This document shows positions 31,299 to 44,285 of a DNA stretch of 63,769 nucleotides, piece after piece. The DNA comes from Vicugna vicugna (Eukaryota), in NCBI GenBank assembly GCA_013265495.1, contig MU062841.1, positions 16,512,568-16,576,336 on the forward strand, given 5' to 3'. The position numbers and the translations under genes were made by a program. The notes beneath the pieces were generated by a model. That model did not search any database. It saw nothing but the letters and a program-made list of their open reading frames with translations, and was not told the DNA's origin. Numbering within the stretch: position 1 is the stretch's first letter; the number at the start of each line of letters is the position of its first letter.

Positions 31299-34200
31299 GT
31301 GTTCTGCAAACAAGGGCTGCATCTCACCGGCATCTGGCTGGCTTGCTGAACAGCAGCCCCGCCCTACAGAGCAGCCAAGACCATCTACCCTCAACAGCCT
31401 GGACACCACTTGGGAACTTGTTAGAAATGCCAGCTCTGTTTGGGGCCCCTCTGGCCATTTGAGAAATAAGCTCTACCCCAGGGGTTGGAGGACTCCAGGG
31501 GCCAGATCCGGCAGCGGTCTGTTTTCATAGGGCCTTCTGAGCTAAAGATGATGTTTGCATCTTTTACAAAGAAGAACATGTGACAGAAACTGTATGGCCC
31601 CAAAGCCTACGTTACCTATGGCATGGCTGTTCGCAGAAAACGTTCCCCAACTTCTGCTCCAGCAAGTCCAAGGAGCAAGGGGGACCCCGGGTGCTGAGCC
31701 CAGCTTTCCTCCTCTGATTCCCTTGTCTCCCCTCCCACCTCCTCCCTCCTGCGCCTCTCTCTGGGGGCCGTGTGAGTCTCTCCCTGTCAGAACGGGTGCC
31801 TCTCAAGCTCTCTCTCACGCCTGTCTCAGAAACCGTCTTTCTGTCTGCATACCTCCGTCCATCTCGCCCCGTGCCCCCCACCCCTCGGCACACTGCACTC
31901 TGGCTACAGACCAGAAGCGCCCCGCACCACACCCGGGGCGCTCAGCTCAGGCTGCTGCTTGGAGCGGTTGTGGGCACTGCAGGCAACACCTGGACCTTTC
32001 TGTCTTCAGTCCCGCCACGTCCACGCCTGCTCCACGGATGCCCACGGCTTCTGGCCTTCTCTTCGGGCCTCTGTCTGCACCATCGTCTCCCTTGCCCCCA
32101 GCTCTCCCTTCTCCACGAGGCCTTTAATCTTTGCTGCCTTTTTTCCTTCACCATCCCTGACTCTCTCGTGAAATGCAAATTAATTAGCGTCTAATGACTC
32201 ACCCGGGGCTGCATCTGGAGCTTTCTCTTGTTAGGTTCCTGTCAAATGTCTCATCTGCTGAGAACTGGTCCCATTAGGAGCAATTCTGCTTCAGGGAGGC
32301 GGGCAGCAGCCAAGAGAAGGCCCTCACCCCGCCTTCCAGGCTCTGTCAGCACCCACCTCGTCAGTGGACCCCAGGAACACAGCCCAGGGGGGTGGCCCCG
32401 GCCTCCACTCACTCTAATGGGCAGTGTCACCCTGGGAAGGGGCTGTGCTGAGGGCTGGGCCAGGCCAGGAGTGGAGCCAGCCTCTGCCCTCTTGGAGGTG
32501 GCCGTGGACCCAGGAGCCCGGCCCTGCCTGCGTACCAGGTGGACCCGTGCGTGACCCTCCAGGCAGCAGGTGAAGCAGTGAGGAACGTGCCCAGGGACGT
32601 GGTCTAGTCTCAGCTTTGACAGGCTGACTTCAGATGGGGAGGTAAATGGCAGGGAACTTGCTCCCGTCCTAGGCCGTAGTACACAATCTCCAGTCACACG
32701 GAGGCAGCTGGTGGAGGAGGACGGGGCTCCCATCCACCAACTCCCTGGGAGACATCGAGCCTGGACCCCTCAGAGCCTCAGTTTCCTCCCCTGGGAACTG
32801 ACGGTGATGGGGCCAAGTGTGGTGGAAAGGAGCCTCCGGCGGCCCAGCACGGGGCGTGGGCTGGGCGCCACGGGGGCCTTCTGGGGAATTTTGATCTCAT
32901 TTTTCTTTGTCTTTGTGATCCTAAGGGTGGGTCCATGGTGACAGAGGAGTCAGATTTTTGTCCAGTGTAGCCCCCACCCAGCCCTCCCAGCTCCTCCCCG
33001 CACACGTCGCCCGAGATGTTCCCAGCAGCTCTGTCCTGTCCCAGCCAATCCTTACAGAAGCTGAAAGGCCGAACCTTCCAGACCCTGACTGGAAGAAGGA
33101 GGTCACCCTACGCCAGCCCACATTCGGGCGCCTCAGCCAGGAGAGCGGGGATCCTGGAGCCCTTTGCCCCAGGGCTCACCAGGCAGAGGCTCGTCCCAGC
33201 ATCCCGCACAGCCTGCCTCCCTGTGTCCTGGAGGGCCTCCGGCCTCAGCGTCTGCCCACATGGCCTGCCTGTCCCCTCCCAGTCCCCTCCAGCCCTGCTG
33301 CCCTCACTCCAGCTGGCTGCGAGCGGCCTAGCCTCTTCCCAGCTCTGGTCACTGAGCCCTGAAACCCCAATCTCTCTAATGCTCATGGTTCATATGAGAC
33401 CACCATGCTCCGAATTATCCACTGGTCACAATTTTATTTCTTAATGGTCTGAATGGGAGGAAGTGCAGCCTTGTTCCTCGGGCAGACTGCGAGCACCTTG
33501 AAGGAGAGGACCAGGCCAGGCCCCCAGGACTACCGGGCACAGCGCGGCGCGGGGTCATGGCTCACCCAGCCGATACCTCAGCGGGGTGACCGGATGACCT
33601 AATGTGCGGCCTCACTTGACTCACTGGGGCCAGGTGGGCACCTGCGTTCGGTGGAGACTGGAGAAGGGGATGGGGAGAGGGCATGCGGGCTCCTTGAGTG
33701 GCTGCTGCCTGCTGGGCACAGATGCTAGTGAGGCCTTCCAAGTATGTGCTGTCAGTCATGCTCCCTGGGCACCAACAGACATCTCCCTAGCCTGTCCCTT
33801 CTCCCTCACAACCAGCCTCAACCATCCCTCTGTACCCAACCCAGGGCAGACTTTTCACAAACAAGAAACCCCCCCATTCTTAGGTCACGGAGATGTTGGG
33901 GCTCATTTGTTACTGCACTGTAGCCCAGCTCATCCTGACTAATGCAGTCCCTGTGCAGCTGTGGCACCGCGCCAAACTCACCACCTGTTCTCCGCCCCCC
34001 CAAGTCTGGACTGTGGGGGCCACCCCCCCACTACCCCCACCGCCTCCCTTCCAAGCTGCCCTCTCCTGAGCCCCCCCAAACTCCAGAAGCCCTCCCTGTA
34101 CTCACACTGTCATGCCACCTGGCCTTTCCATCTCCCCAGCTAAACTGTGAGCTCCTAACAGCAAATGAAAGTCGGCCCTGAGTCCCCTTTGTGGCCCTCC

Positions 34201-35301
34201 GAGAACCGAACCCCCTGCTGGGCGTGTGGGAACCACGTGCGCGGCCCCGTGGGCGACTAGCCCCGCAGCGTTCCGGATCACCGGGCTGCCCTTCTTCCCC
34301 GCTCCGTCCTGCCTCCAGGGTCCCATCTGGGGGAGGAGGAGAAAGCCACGACAGAGCGGTGGAAAATATTCCTGGTATTGCTCTGAGGCCACAGTCTGCG
34401 GTTGTGGAAGGAAGCGAAGGAGGGGCTGGGAGATGGGGAGGAGAGGTTAACAAGATTAAAAAAGCCATAATGAGACCACAGCACAAACCCTGCAATTATG
34501 CTCCCAAATTTAATCAAAACAGCTTCCCGCACGGGGCCTGTAATGCATCCAGCAGGCCCCGCCAGGTTCTGCCTCCCAGGCCCAGCCCTTGAGATACCAC
34601 AGCGCCCAGAGTCCTCCTGCCGAGCTGGGGCAGGGGCCGGGGCTGTCTTCCAGCACCACCCACCCCACCACCCCAGCACACCCCAGTGTGACGGGCCCAC
34701 GGGGCTTGACGTGGCCTCGTTAGGACAAGTCTCTCCAGCTCCTTCCTTCCCCGCCCACCCCGTCACCTCCCCGGCTTCTCATCTCTGCCTCCCGCTCCTC
34801 TCATCCTGCCCAGCTACGTGCGCCCTCTGCGGTGGGGTCTCCATGGCACTGGCTACCAGCTGTGGCCCAGGCTCCTCAGGCAGGCCTCCCTCAGAGTCCC
34901 GCCCCTCCCACCACCGCCACCTCGGATGTCCCCGTTCTCGATCAGACAAGCCAGCAGCTCTGGCCCTCCCAGGAGATATGGCCTGGCCTGGGGGTGTCGA
35001 CCTTCTCGAGGGGAGAGGTTTTGGTCTCCCCTGGTACGTGGAGGTCAGCGCCTTTAGTAGGAGCAGTCAAGTGCTCCCTGATTAGCTCTGTGCTCCCCTC
35101 CTGTCCCAGCCTCCCTTGTGAAAGGGTGGAGCCATACGCCTCGTTCTGGCCCATGGACTGCGGCGCCCAGGTCAAGTGATGAGTGAACACCCCTTTCCAT
35201 CTCTCTCCTCCCCACCCTGGCGATCTCGGACAACATGTATTTTGACTGGGGTACAACAAGGTGAAGATGTCTACCCAACCCACGCTGGACCTTTGCAATA
35301 T

Positions 35302-36070
35302 TGTGGTTTATAAGAAGAATATATATTTGGGCATTCAGACGACCGAAATACATTTCTCATGTGTATGTCTTAGTCCACGGTTTGTGGCTCACGGATTCTA
35401 AAATCTTTGCAGTTTCCCAAATGTTGAGTGATCAAGGTGACGTTTGTTGTTAATGAGGTGACTTTTGGACTGTGCCTAGGTAAGCTGAGAGCTGGGACCA
35501 GCTGCCAGGAGAACCAACCACGTGACCAGTGGGTCGGAACTTTCAGGTCTACCCCTCGACCTCCGGGGAGGGGAGAGGTGGTGGAGGCTGAATCCATCGC
35601 TGTGGCCTGTGATTTAATCAATCATGCCTATGTAATGACACCTCCATGAAAACCCAAAAGCAGGGGCTTCAGAGAGCTTCCAGGCTGATGAGTACCGGGA
35701 GATTTGGTGAGAGCTCCCCACCCTCCCACGTACCCTGCCCTGTGCAGTGCTTCCATCTCCATCAGGCTGTTCCTGGGTTCTACCCTTCATTATAAACCTG
35801 CAATCTAGTAAGTAAAGTGTCTCCTGATTTATATTTAAAGTGAATCTCTGATTTATAGCCGGTTGGTCAGAAGCCCAGGTGACAACCCAGACTTGCAGTT
35901 AGTGTCTTGTGGGGAGGGGGGCAGTTCTGTAAACCTGCAGGATCTGACTCTAACCCCAGGCAGATGGTGTCAGAATTGAGTTGAATTGTAGGGTACCCAG
36001 CTGGTGTCAGAGAATTGCTTGGTGTGGAGAAAACACCCACACGTCGGAATTGGTGCCAGAATCGGAGATG
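35302..36070 (+). mobile_element. MER21-like LTR
   Basis: TGTGG..TAAGAAGAATATATATTTGG start, AATGAGGTGACT, GGAACTTTCAG, GATTTATAGCCGGTTGGTCAGAAG, GTGTCAGAATTGAGTTGAATTGTAGG..CCCAGCTGGTGTC..AGAATTGCTTGGTGTGG. Confidence 0.8.
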
Positions 36071-36564
36071 CTGGTCTACGATCAAGTGTAACCTAGGGAA
36101 TGGTGGTCCGGGCCCAGAGAGGAATTGGATTTCTTGGCGATTTCTGGGTTCTAGACGGGGACAGGGGTGAGTGTCCTCTGACACCAGCACCTATGGCATG
36201 TCGTCAGCCAGGGGCCAGCCTTTGCGACAGACACCTATTGTAGGAACGACTCAAGGAGGGTTCCTCTCCATCCCAGCCCATCCCGTCCACTCACGCAGCA
36301 AGTCCTGCTGGAGATACTCCCCTCCCTTGCCCTCAAGAGGAGGCAGGAGGCAGCAGAGAGAGCGGACTGCAGACTTGCCACCTGGAAGACCCCAGTTCAA
36401 GCCCAGCTGGCCTTGGGCTGGTTACTTGGCCTCTCTGAACTTCGTCGTCTAAACAGAGCTGGTAGTAGCCCCCAGCTTCCCTGTCTCCTACAGTGGCTGT
36501 GAAAATCAAGAGACCTTCTTTGGCAAAGTGGTTTGTAGGTTGTTGTTAAGATAAAATAAGGACT

Positions 36565-36900
36565 CAACTCCTTGAGATGCAGGCAGACAGTCCTAAGGGC
36601 AGTTAGAGAGGCACAGATAAGGGGTTACGAGAGAGTGGTTGGGACGATGCAGAGGGCTAAACAGAAGAGACGAGGCGCTGAAGTTAAAGGTGGCTGCCGA
36701 CCCTGCAGGCAGAAGTGGCAGAGAGAGGCGACTCCGGGGGAGGACAGAGTGAGCAAGGTCTGGGGGCCGGGGACACAGCGCAGTCTGCAGAGACAGTGGG
36801 GAGCCCCGTCAGCATCTGCAGGGGGGCCTGGGGGGCAACACGGCAAGTGCATCTGGAGAGACGGCGGAGGGCCTTAAGGACCAGGTGCGGGCACTTGCGC
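36565..36900 (-). mobile_element. L2 fragment
   Basis: Purine-rich antisense L2 text (GGGGAGGACAGAGTGAGCAAGG, GCAGTCTGCAGAG). Confidence 0.5.
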
Positions 36901-38292
36901 TTTGCTCGGGGTGCTGCGTGCGCCCCGGGAACTTGCTACACATGCACGTTCTCGGGCAGCAGCCCAGACCTCCGGAAGCAGAAACTCCAGGAGCGGGCCC
37001 GGGAATCCGGGTTTTATCAAGCCCTGGAGGGGTGCCGATGCCCCTTCCGGTGTGAGGCCCCCTGCCGTAGCAGGTGCTGTCAGCACGCAGCCCTGCCAGC
37101 TTCCAGCCGCCGCCATCAGAATCCCTCGACTACGGGCTCCCTGTGGCCTCCAAGGCCTGTCCTGCCCGGGCACACGGGCTGGGACAGCCGGGAGCCAGCA
37201 TCCGGGAGCAGCTGTCACGCAGCAGTTCACGGGAGGGGGGGAATGTCCCCAGCTCCGGGGTCCCTGGACGGTGCGGCTGAGATGGGGGCCACACTCCATC
37301 CCACACCCCTGTGTGGGGTGCCCGCCCTCCCTGTCAGACCCCCACCCCCGCAGGTGCTCCCTGGGAGGCTGCCCTTGGGAAGCACTGCCCCCCCCCGGGA
37401 GCACCGGGCTCTGCTTCCGGGAGCAGGTACGGCGGGCGTGCACGCACGTGAGCGCTGGCACGGCGTCCGGGCTCGGTCGAGGCAGGATGCTGACTCCCTG
37501 GGCCGCGGCGGCACTGGCGGAGGGGGCAGCCCTGGCAGAGACGGCAGAGCGGCCTGGAGGTAGACAGAGAGGGATGAGCGCTGGCAAGGCGCTGGCAAGA
37601 GCCAGGCGGGGGGTGAAGGGCTTGGAGAAGGGGGGGCGGGTGGAAGGGGGTCTCCTGCTAATGCAGAATTGCCTGAGAGCTAAGCGGCCAGGCCTCAGAG
37701 CTGGTCCCAGATCCGGGACCAAAGCCCAGGCCCGCCAGGCCCGAGCTTGCTGCTTCGCGCCACCGTGGGGAGCGCACCTCCCGGCCGCCGCCGCTCGCCG
37801 AGGCCGCACTGCTCGCTAGAGCTGCCTGGATTCTCGTGCCTCCGAGGAGGCTGGTGTTAACTCTGGATGAAGGAGGAGCGCTACTCATCCAGCAAGGGTT
37901 TGACTCTTCCTCAAAACTCTAGCCCTTCCCGAAAAAAATCAAAGCAGCTCTGCAGCCCGGCAGCCTGCGCTTCCCACAGCTGCAGATCCGGGCAGCGACC
38001 TACCCTCGCTGTGCCTCGGTTTCCTCACCTGTCAAAGGGGAGTGAAGCCCCGGCACATTAGGCTTTCGGACCAGCTCGACCAGCGCTGTTGCTGTGGCCG
38101 TGGTTCTTGCTGGCTACATCGCTGAGCTCGGGAAACTCCCGAGGCTGTCACTTGTCACTGTGTACGCATCCCCCAGTTAACCTCCGGCAGAGCCGGGGTG
38201 CAGTGCCAGGGCTGGCTGATGCAAGAGCCCACGTGCTGCACCCTCCCCCCGACAGTGGAGAAAGAGAATTCAACACCGAGATGGTGGAGGAG

Positions 38293-39287
38293 TTTTGTTC
38301 ATTTGTTCTTTTGCGGTTTTGTTTGTTTGTTTGTTTGTTGTACTTGAAGTACAGTTAGTCTACAACGTTTTGTTAATCTCTGGTTTATAACATAGTGATT
38401 CACTTATACACATATGTATTCCCTTTCATGTTCTTTTTCATTATAGCAATTACAAGGTATTGAATCTAGTTTCCTGTGCTATACAGTAGGGCCTTGTTGT
38501 TTATCTGTTTTATATATAGTAGTGTGTATCTGCAAATCTCAAACTCCCAGTTTATCCCTCCACCCCCCCTTTCCCTTGTGGTAACCACAAGTTTGTTTTC
38601 TATGTCTGTGAGTCTATTTCTGTTTTGTAAAAAGTTTGTTTGTCTCATTTTTGTCAGATTCTATATGTAAGTGATATCATATAGTATTTGTCCTTCTCTT
38701 TCTGGCTTACTTCACTTAGAATGACAATATCCAAGTCCATCCATGTTTCTGCAAATGGCATTATTTTATTATTTTTATGGCTGAGTAGTATTCCATTGTG
38801 TAAACATACCACAGCTTCTTTGTCCAGTCATCTGTTGATGGACATGCAGTTTGTTTCCATGTCTTGGCTACTGTAAATAGTGCTGCTGTGAGCATTGGGG
38901 TGCATGTGTCTTTTCAAATTAAAGTTCCCTCCAGGTATGTGCCCAGGAGTGGGATTGCTGGATCATATGGTAAGTCTAGTTCTGGTTTTTAAAGGAATCT
39001 CCATACTGTTTTCCACAGTGGCTGCACCAGATTGCATTCCATCAGCAGTGTAGGAGGGCTCCCTTTTCTCCACACCCCCTTCAGCATCCATTGTTTGTGG
39101 ACTTGTGAATGATGGCCATTCTGACTGGTGTGAGGTGATACCTCATTGTAGCTCTGACTTGCATTTCTCTGATAGCGAAACTGAACACTTTTTCATGTGC
39201 CTTTTGGTCATCTGTATGTCTTCACTGGAGGACTGTTTCTTAGGTCTTCTGCCCATTTGTGGATTGGGTTGTTTGTTTTTTGTTATT
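38293..39287 (-). mobile_element. L1 3' fragment (ORF2 end, 3'UTR, tail), cetartiodactyl type
   Basis: (TTTG)n tail remnant, then the typical L1 3'UTR/ORF2 antisense text (CTGTGCTATACAGTAGG, GGCTGAGTAGTATTCCATTGTG, GGGATTGCTGGATCATATGG, GATGGCCATTCTGACTGGTGTGAGGTGATACCTCATTG). Confidence 0.92.
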
Positions 39288-39439
39288 ACAGTCATTCTTT
39301 CTTTAACCTTAGACCCTTCTCTCTAAGTCTCCTTATTGCCGTGGTGGCAGAGGGCGCTGGTTGGGGAACGCTGTCCTGGCAGAGTGTGTCCCTATGAGGC
39401 CAGAGAAACAATGTCATGGAATTGAAATCAGCTCAAGGA

Positions 39440-39840
39440 GTTTGGGTTCTGGGGCTAGTTCTGTGGCCCCTTGGCTCTCTGACCTTGGGTAGGTCATTTT
39501 CTCCTCAGGGCCTCAGTTTCTTCATTTGTAAAATGGGTGCACACAAATCCCTGCCTCTCTGACAGGGCTGCGGGGAGGCTCAGTCACGAAACACATCTTG
39601 GCTGGCTTGTGCGTGGTGCTCGTGGGGAGAGACATGTATGAGGGATACCCCTGTCCTGGCTGTGCACAGCGAGGGGTGTCACAGGAGAGGGACGGAAGGG
39701 AGGGAGTGTTTCTTGAGCACTTACTACGCGTGCAGCCCTGGACTGCGGGCTTTGCCCTCCTGTAATTTTCCCAACAGCCTTGCAAAGGCAAGGGTTAGAT
39801 TCCCATTTGCAGAACAGGAAGGCGGGGCTCGGGGAAGAAA
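39440..39840. mobile_element. MIR (+) followed by MIR (-)
   Basis: GACCTTGGGTAGG..GCCTCAGTTTCTTCATTTGTAAAATGGG, then TTTTCCCAACAGCCTTGCAAAGG..CCCATTTGCAGA. Confidence 0.65.
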
Positions 39841-39949
39841 GGCGAGTGGCCGCTATCAGTAGAGCTAAGAGTGAGGCTGCAGTCTGTCTCCAGAGCACAG
39901 CTTTCTGCCACACTGCCTCTTCCCTGGGGTCCACCAGCAGGCTGAGCTG

Positions 39950-40200
39950 AACCCTCACCGCGAGGACACGTACTGGGTGCTGGGCCCGGGGATGGGGAAG
40001 TGTCCCCCCACGGAGGGGACTGACGATGCCATAAGCTAAGTGTGAGGTGCCAAGGTAGCTTAAAGGAGGGACTGCCACGAGGCCTCACCGAGGAGGAGAT
40101 GTTTGCCCTGGGCTTTGAGGAACACGCAGTTTTTCAGATAAAGAAAAGAAGGGCCTTCAGAACAAGGAGAGCTGCATATGTAAGACAGGCAGATGTCGAA
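39950..40200 (-). mobile_element. L2 fragment
   Basis: TACTGGGTGCTGGG..GGAGGAGATGTTTGCCCTGGGCTTTGAGG. Confidence 0.55.
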
Positions 40201-40699
40201 TTGCTGGCTGCTCAAGGAACCACAGATGGATCTCAGTCACAGAGAGACCGGGCCACAGCTGGATGAGGTGCATCTCTTCAGCGCTTTACCCGCTGTGTGA
40301 CTCTGAGCAAGCTACTTAACCTTTCTGAGCCTCAGTGTCCTAGACGGCTCAGTGAAGATGGTGATGCCTAATCCAGAAGAGAGAAATGTGGAAGAAGTTT
40401 ACACACATTGCTCCCATTTAATCCTTACAATCTTGTGAGCTGAGCACTAGGGCAGCCCCAGAACAGAAGGGAAAAACCAGCCCTGCCGGCAGGGCATGGC
40501 TTCCGGGACGGCCAGGGCTGCAGTCGTGTGTTTCCAGCGTTAATGGGCTTAAAAGTGCCAGCCTTGCTCACGAGTTAATGTTCCTTTAAAAGTAGCTCGG
40601 ACAAGACCAGCAAAGGTGCTTCAAGAATTCTCTCCTCTTATTCAGGGAGGGAGAAAAAGGGAAACCGTTCTCCAGGTGACAGGCGGAGCCGTGGGGAAG

Positions 40700-41120
40700 C
40701 AAGGAGACAAGTCATCTGCCTGTTCCCCGGTCTGAGAAGCGGGCCTGGCGCGCCCTGCGCAGGCGCCGGCTGGCCGGCTCGCGGTGGGGCTGTTTGCTCC
40801 GAGCTGTTCCAGCTGGTTCGGGAGGCAGGAAGTCAGTCCTTCTTCCTCCGGCTTGGTTCCGCTCCGCGGGCCTTTCAAGTGCACCCACGAGGTCCCGGGA
40901 GGCACTGAGCTGCCGAAGGCGGGGTCCGCGCCCTGACCTGGCATGCGCTCAGCGGCGCGGCCTGGGAAGGGTGACGACGGGGCGTCGGGGACAGGCAAGG
41001 CCGGGAGCGCGGAGGCCGGCGGTGGCCCCGGCTGCCCTCTGCCCCCGGGGCTCTCCAGCCCAGCTCGGGGCTCCCCGGCTTGAGAGCGCGAGCGCGAGTC
41101 TGCCTAATCCACGGGCTTGA
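40700..41120. promoter_or_regulatory. CpG-island-like region
   Basis: Dense CpG, an ETS-type CAGGAAGT at about 40827, and no recognisable repeat or exon. Confidence 0.55.
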
Positions 41121-41814
41121 ACTTCTCCAGAGGGGCGAGCTTCCCAGGCCCCAGCTCACCAAGGTGGGCCTGACGGCACCCCGGGAGAGGAAGCTGCCCC
41201 TCCCTGACCCTGGGAACCACCCACAGCTGAGAGAGGGGCTACCGAGAAGGCACTAGGAGCCGCCAAGCTGCAGCCCTAGGCTTAGCTCTGCCATGCACAT
41301 GCTAGCTGCCTTGGCGAACCTTCCCTTTGCCTGAGCATCAGTTTCGGACAGAGCCGGGACGAGGGGAGCTTGCATGCACGCGTCTAATGCGTTTGCCCTC
41401 CCCTTTGGGGAAGAAAGCCTTGTCCTCAAACACATCAGGTCAGTAAACTAAATCCAGTTAATCCCAGAGCCAAAAAACCAGACTGTCGGGGGTCTTCCTC
41501 CTAAACCAAGGGAAATGGTTTCTAGGAGGAAAGATGTCAAAGGGGGCGCTTCTGAGAAACAGGGTCTGGGAAGCGCAGGCTGCAGACAACAGGCCTGGTA
41601 ACCTGATCGCTTACTGTGTGCTAGTTCCCTGTAGGGAGATTCTGGCAAGTGTTACCTTTCACCCCACCACACCCCATGACACAGCCATTCTTATCCATGT
41701 CTTGCAGATAAGAAAACAGAGATTAAATCACTTGTCCGGGACCCTCCAGGTAGAGGAGATGCAGGCTCCGTTCGTCTGACCCCAAAGGCCAAGCTCTTTT
41801 CTGAGCAAACCGAC

Positions 41815-42136
41815 CAGGTCAGGCGCTGACCAGGCTGGATCTGGCCCTGGGATACGTGGCGTCTGGCTTGAGTGAGGCTTCAAACATCGGAGATTTTTAC
41901 AGAAATCCGGCTTCTGGATGGTAGACTTGGGAAATCTGGCAACACAGAGCCCTCCTTCCACGTAGCAGTCATGAGCTGGAGCTGCGTGGAGGCCCAGACC
42001 TCCGGACAAGCCTCCCTGGTGAGCTGGGTTCCTCTCCGGCTGGGCAGCTGGCCCGCCTGGCTCTTGAGCACCTGCCCGGCCCCTCCAGGCCCTGCTGCCC
42101 CCGTGACCCCTGGCCTGGGGAATATTCCTGACCCTG
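41815..42136 (+). mobile_element. MER102-like hAT element
   Basis: ATCGGGAGATTTTTACAGAAATCCGGCTTCT..AAATCTGGCAACAC..GCTGGAGCTG. Confidence 0.7.
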
Positions 42137-44049
42137 CACCCAGCCATGGGGAAAAGCTGGAAGGCGCAGGTAGGAGAGGCCTCTGGCTCCAGCTCCCTGC
42201 ACTTTTTACCTCGTCCCCCTCCTCTGTCTCCTTTCCCCACCACCCCACCTTCCATTCCTGCCTCTCCTCCCCCCTCCCCCCCCTCCTCCCTGGCCTTTCC
42301 CCTCCTGCGCAGCTAGGCTCACTGGGAGCTTTCTGCGCTCACCTGGCCTCCAGCCCCTTTCCCGCGCTCATTCGGGTCTCCCCAGGAAGACCGCACACCC
42401 GTGGGGACCAGTGTGTCTCTCACCTCTCCAACACACGAGACCCTGCACAGCCCCGCAGAGCAGGAGCGCACCCCCACTTCGGTGTTAGGGGCTCTCAGGA
42501 CCTCTGATGTCCCAGCAGAGGCCCCGCTGGCTGCGGGGGGAGACCCCGCTTCTCCTGGCTGCCCTGAATCAACCCTCCTCACCGAGCCAGTGTTCCGGGG
42601 GCACCTTCCCTCTCCCCACGTGCATCAAGAAGGCCTGGGACTTATTAACTGGGAGACCTCGTGGGAAACTGTGCACTGGACCCCAAGTCCAAGTGCTGGG
42701 GTGCTGGGCTGTGTCAGTGGGAGGTGCAGCAGAGGCCTCACCTCACCAGGGGCCTTTAATCCTTGGCAGCTGATTATCTGAGACCCCGGGTCTAACTTCA
42801 AGAAAGCCTGGACCAGCAAGGCCGCTGTCCCCACGTCAGGCCAGAGAACACAGAGCCTCAGAAAGGACCGCCTGGGATTTAGCTGAGGGCGCTGCCATTC
42901 ACTCCCTGGATGGCCGTGAGTGGGCCTCCTGCTCAGGTTCTCCATCTGTAAAATGGGGCTCAGGGAGCCAACGCGGGTGACGGTGAGGCACCATTTCAGT
43001 GTAACCCCTGCCCGGCACAGTCCCAGGCCTGGGGCTGGGGAGCGACACTCAGGCGCTTCCGGGGTGACAGGAAGGGTGAGACGGGGAGGAGTTCTCGGGC
43101 TGGACCTGCATTAGGATCGCCTGTGGGGCTCCTTAGAGGCATAAGTTCTCTGACCGTATCCTTGGAGAGGATGTCTCAAGCCGCAGCTTGAAACACCGCG
43201 TTGGGATGGAAAGTATCAATTTTTCCCATTAAAATTTATGAAATGGGTTTTTCATTTAATGGCTTTTCACTTAGCAGGAGAGTTTTCAGGAACAAATTCT
43301 GGTCACTAAGCAAAGGGCTGGGCGTGTGGTTCTGGTCTGGGGGCAGAGTAGCAAATGACCTAGCCTAGATCACAGTTGTCACCGTCCTTGAGTGGCTTAC
43401 ATACATTTTGTCACTGCCGCCTTCCAGTAGCCACAAATCCCCAGTATGGTGGTGGGGTAGGTATATCCATGCTGTAGGGGAGGAAACCGGGACACAGGCC
43501 TGATAACCCCCAAGGCTACCTGTTCAGCCAGGGGCAGAGCTGGGACGTGGAATAGGATTCTCGCTCTGGCTCCCAAACCCAGCTTCCTTCCTCATCCCCT
43601 CTGATGCCCTCCCGAGGGGGGCCCTTCCTGCCCCCACAGCCCGTCCCCTGAAGAGAGCCCACGTGGCATCTGGCCCGCGGGTCTCTTGGAAGGAGCCCTC
43701 AGAAGTAACAACAACTGGAGACGAAGCGAAAAGAAGCACAATGATGGTTCCATCCAAGCAGAGAGGCCGCGTGCAGGGAGGAGCCGGGGGAGCTGGCTGA
43801 GGACGGTCTGCCGTGCGAAGTCACCTGTCTGGGCCTCGGTTTCTTCAGCTGCAAAGTCGGGATAGCAGTGTCCGCCACGCTTGGTTAGTGCATAGATTAT
43901 GACATACGAGTAAGTTCTGGGTAAACCAGAGACACACAATTGTGCAGAAAGCCAGATTTTTCCAGAAGATTCCAGAACGCCCAAAGATGTGTCCGTCCAG
44001 TGGCAGGTTGGTTTCTGTGTTTCCGGTCTGTGCCTTGGCTGGCACTCAT

Positions 44050-44285
44050 CTTGCTATTTGATAGTAATTAAATCTGCTGTCAATGACACGAACCTGTTTG
44101 GTTCAGCAAGTAAACTAACACGATTGTTCTGGACAGCGCTGCGTTTTCCCTGTTGGTGCCGCTGATTTATGGGCCTGCCTTTAGTCATCGGAATCAGAAA
44201 GAGCAACTTCCTGGAAAAGGTGGAGCATCTATTCAAGTCTCTGGTGCTGATTTTAAAGGTCAGCTTGGTGTGTGGGATTAGTCAC
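44050..44285. promoter_or_regulatory. Candidate HOX/TALE enhancer
   Basis: TGATTTATGG 44163-44172, CTGTCA 44077-44082, GTAATTAAAT 44064-44073. Confidence 0.45.

Noticed and set aside
36715-37819. Overlapping 280-310 aa ORFs on both strands (similarly 7310-8038, 22531-23388, 58068-58997)
   Set aside because: Pro/Ala/Gly/Arg-rich shadow ORFs expected in GC-rich DNA. They partly overlap L2/MIR or N gaps and have no recognisable domain.
39343-39359. CTCF-like GGCAGAGGGCGCTG
   Set aside because: The two 5' core cytosines are mismatched; the motif alone is insufficient evidence.
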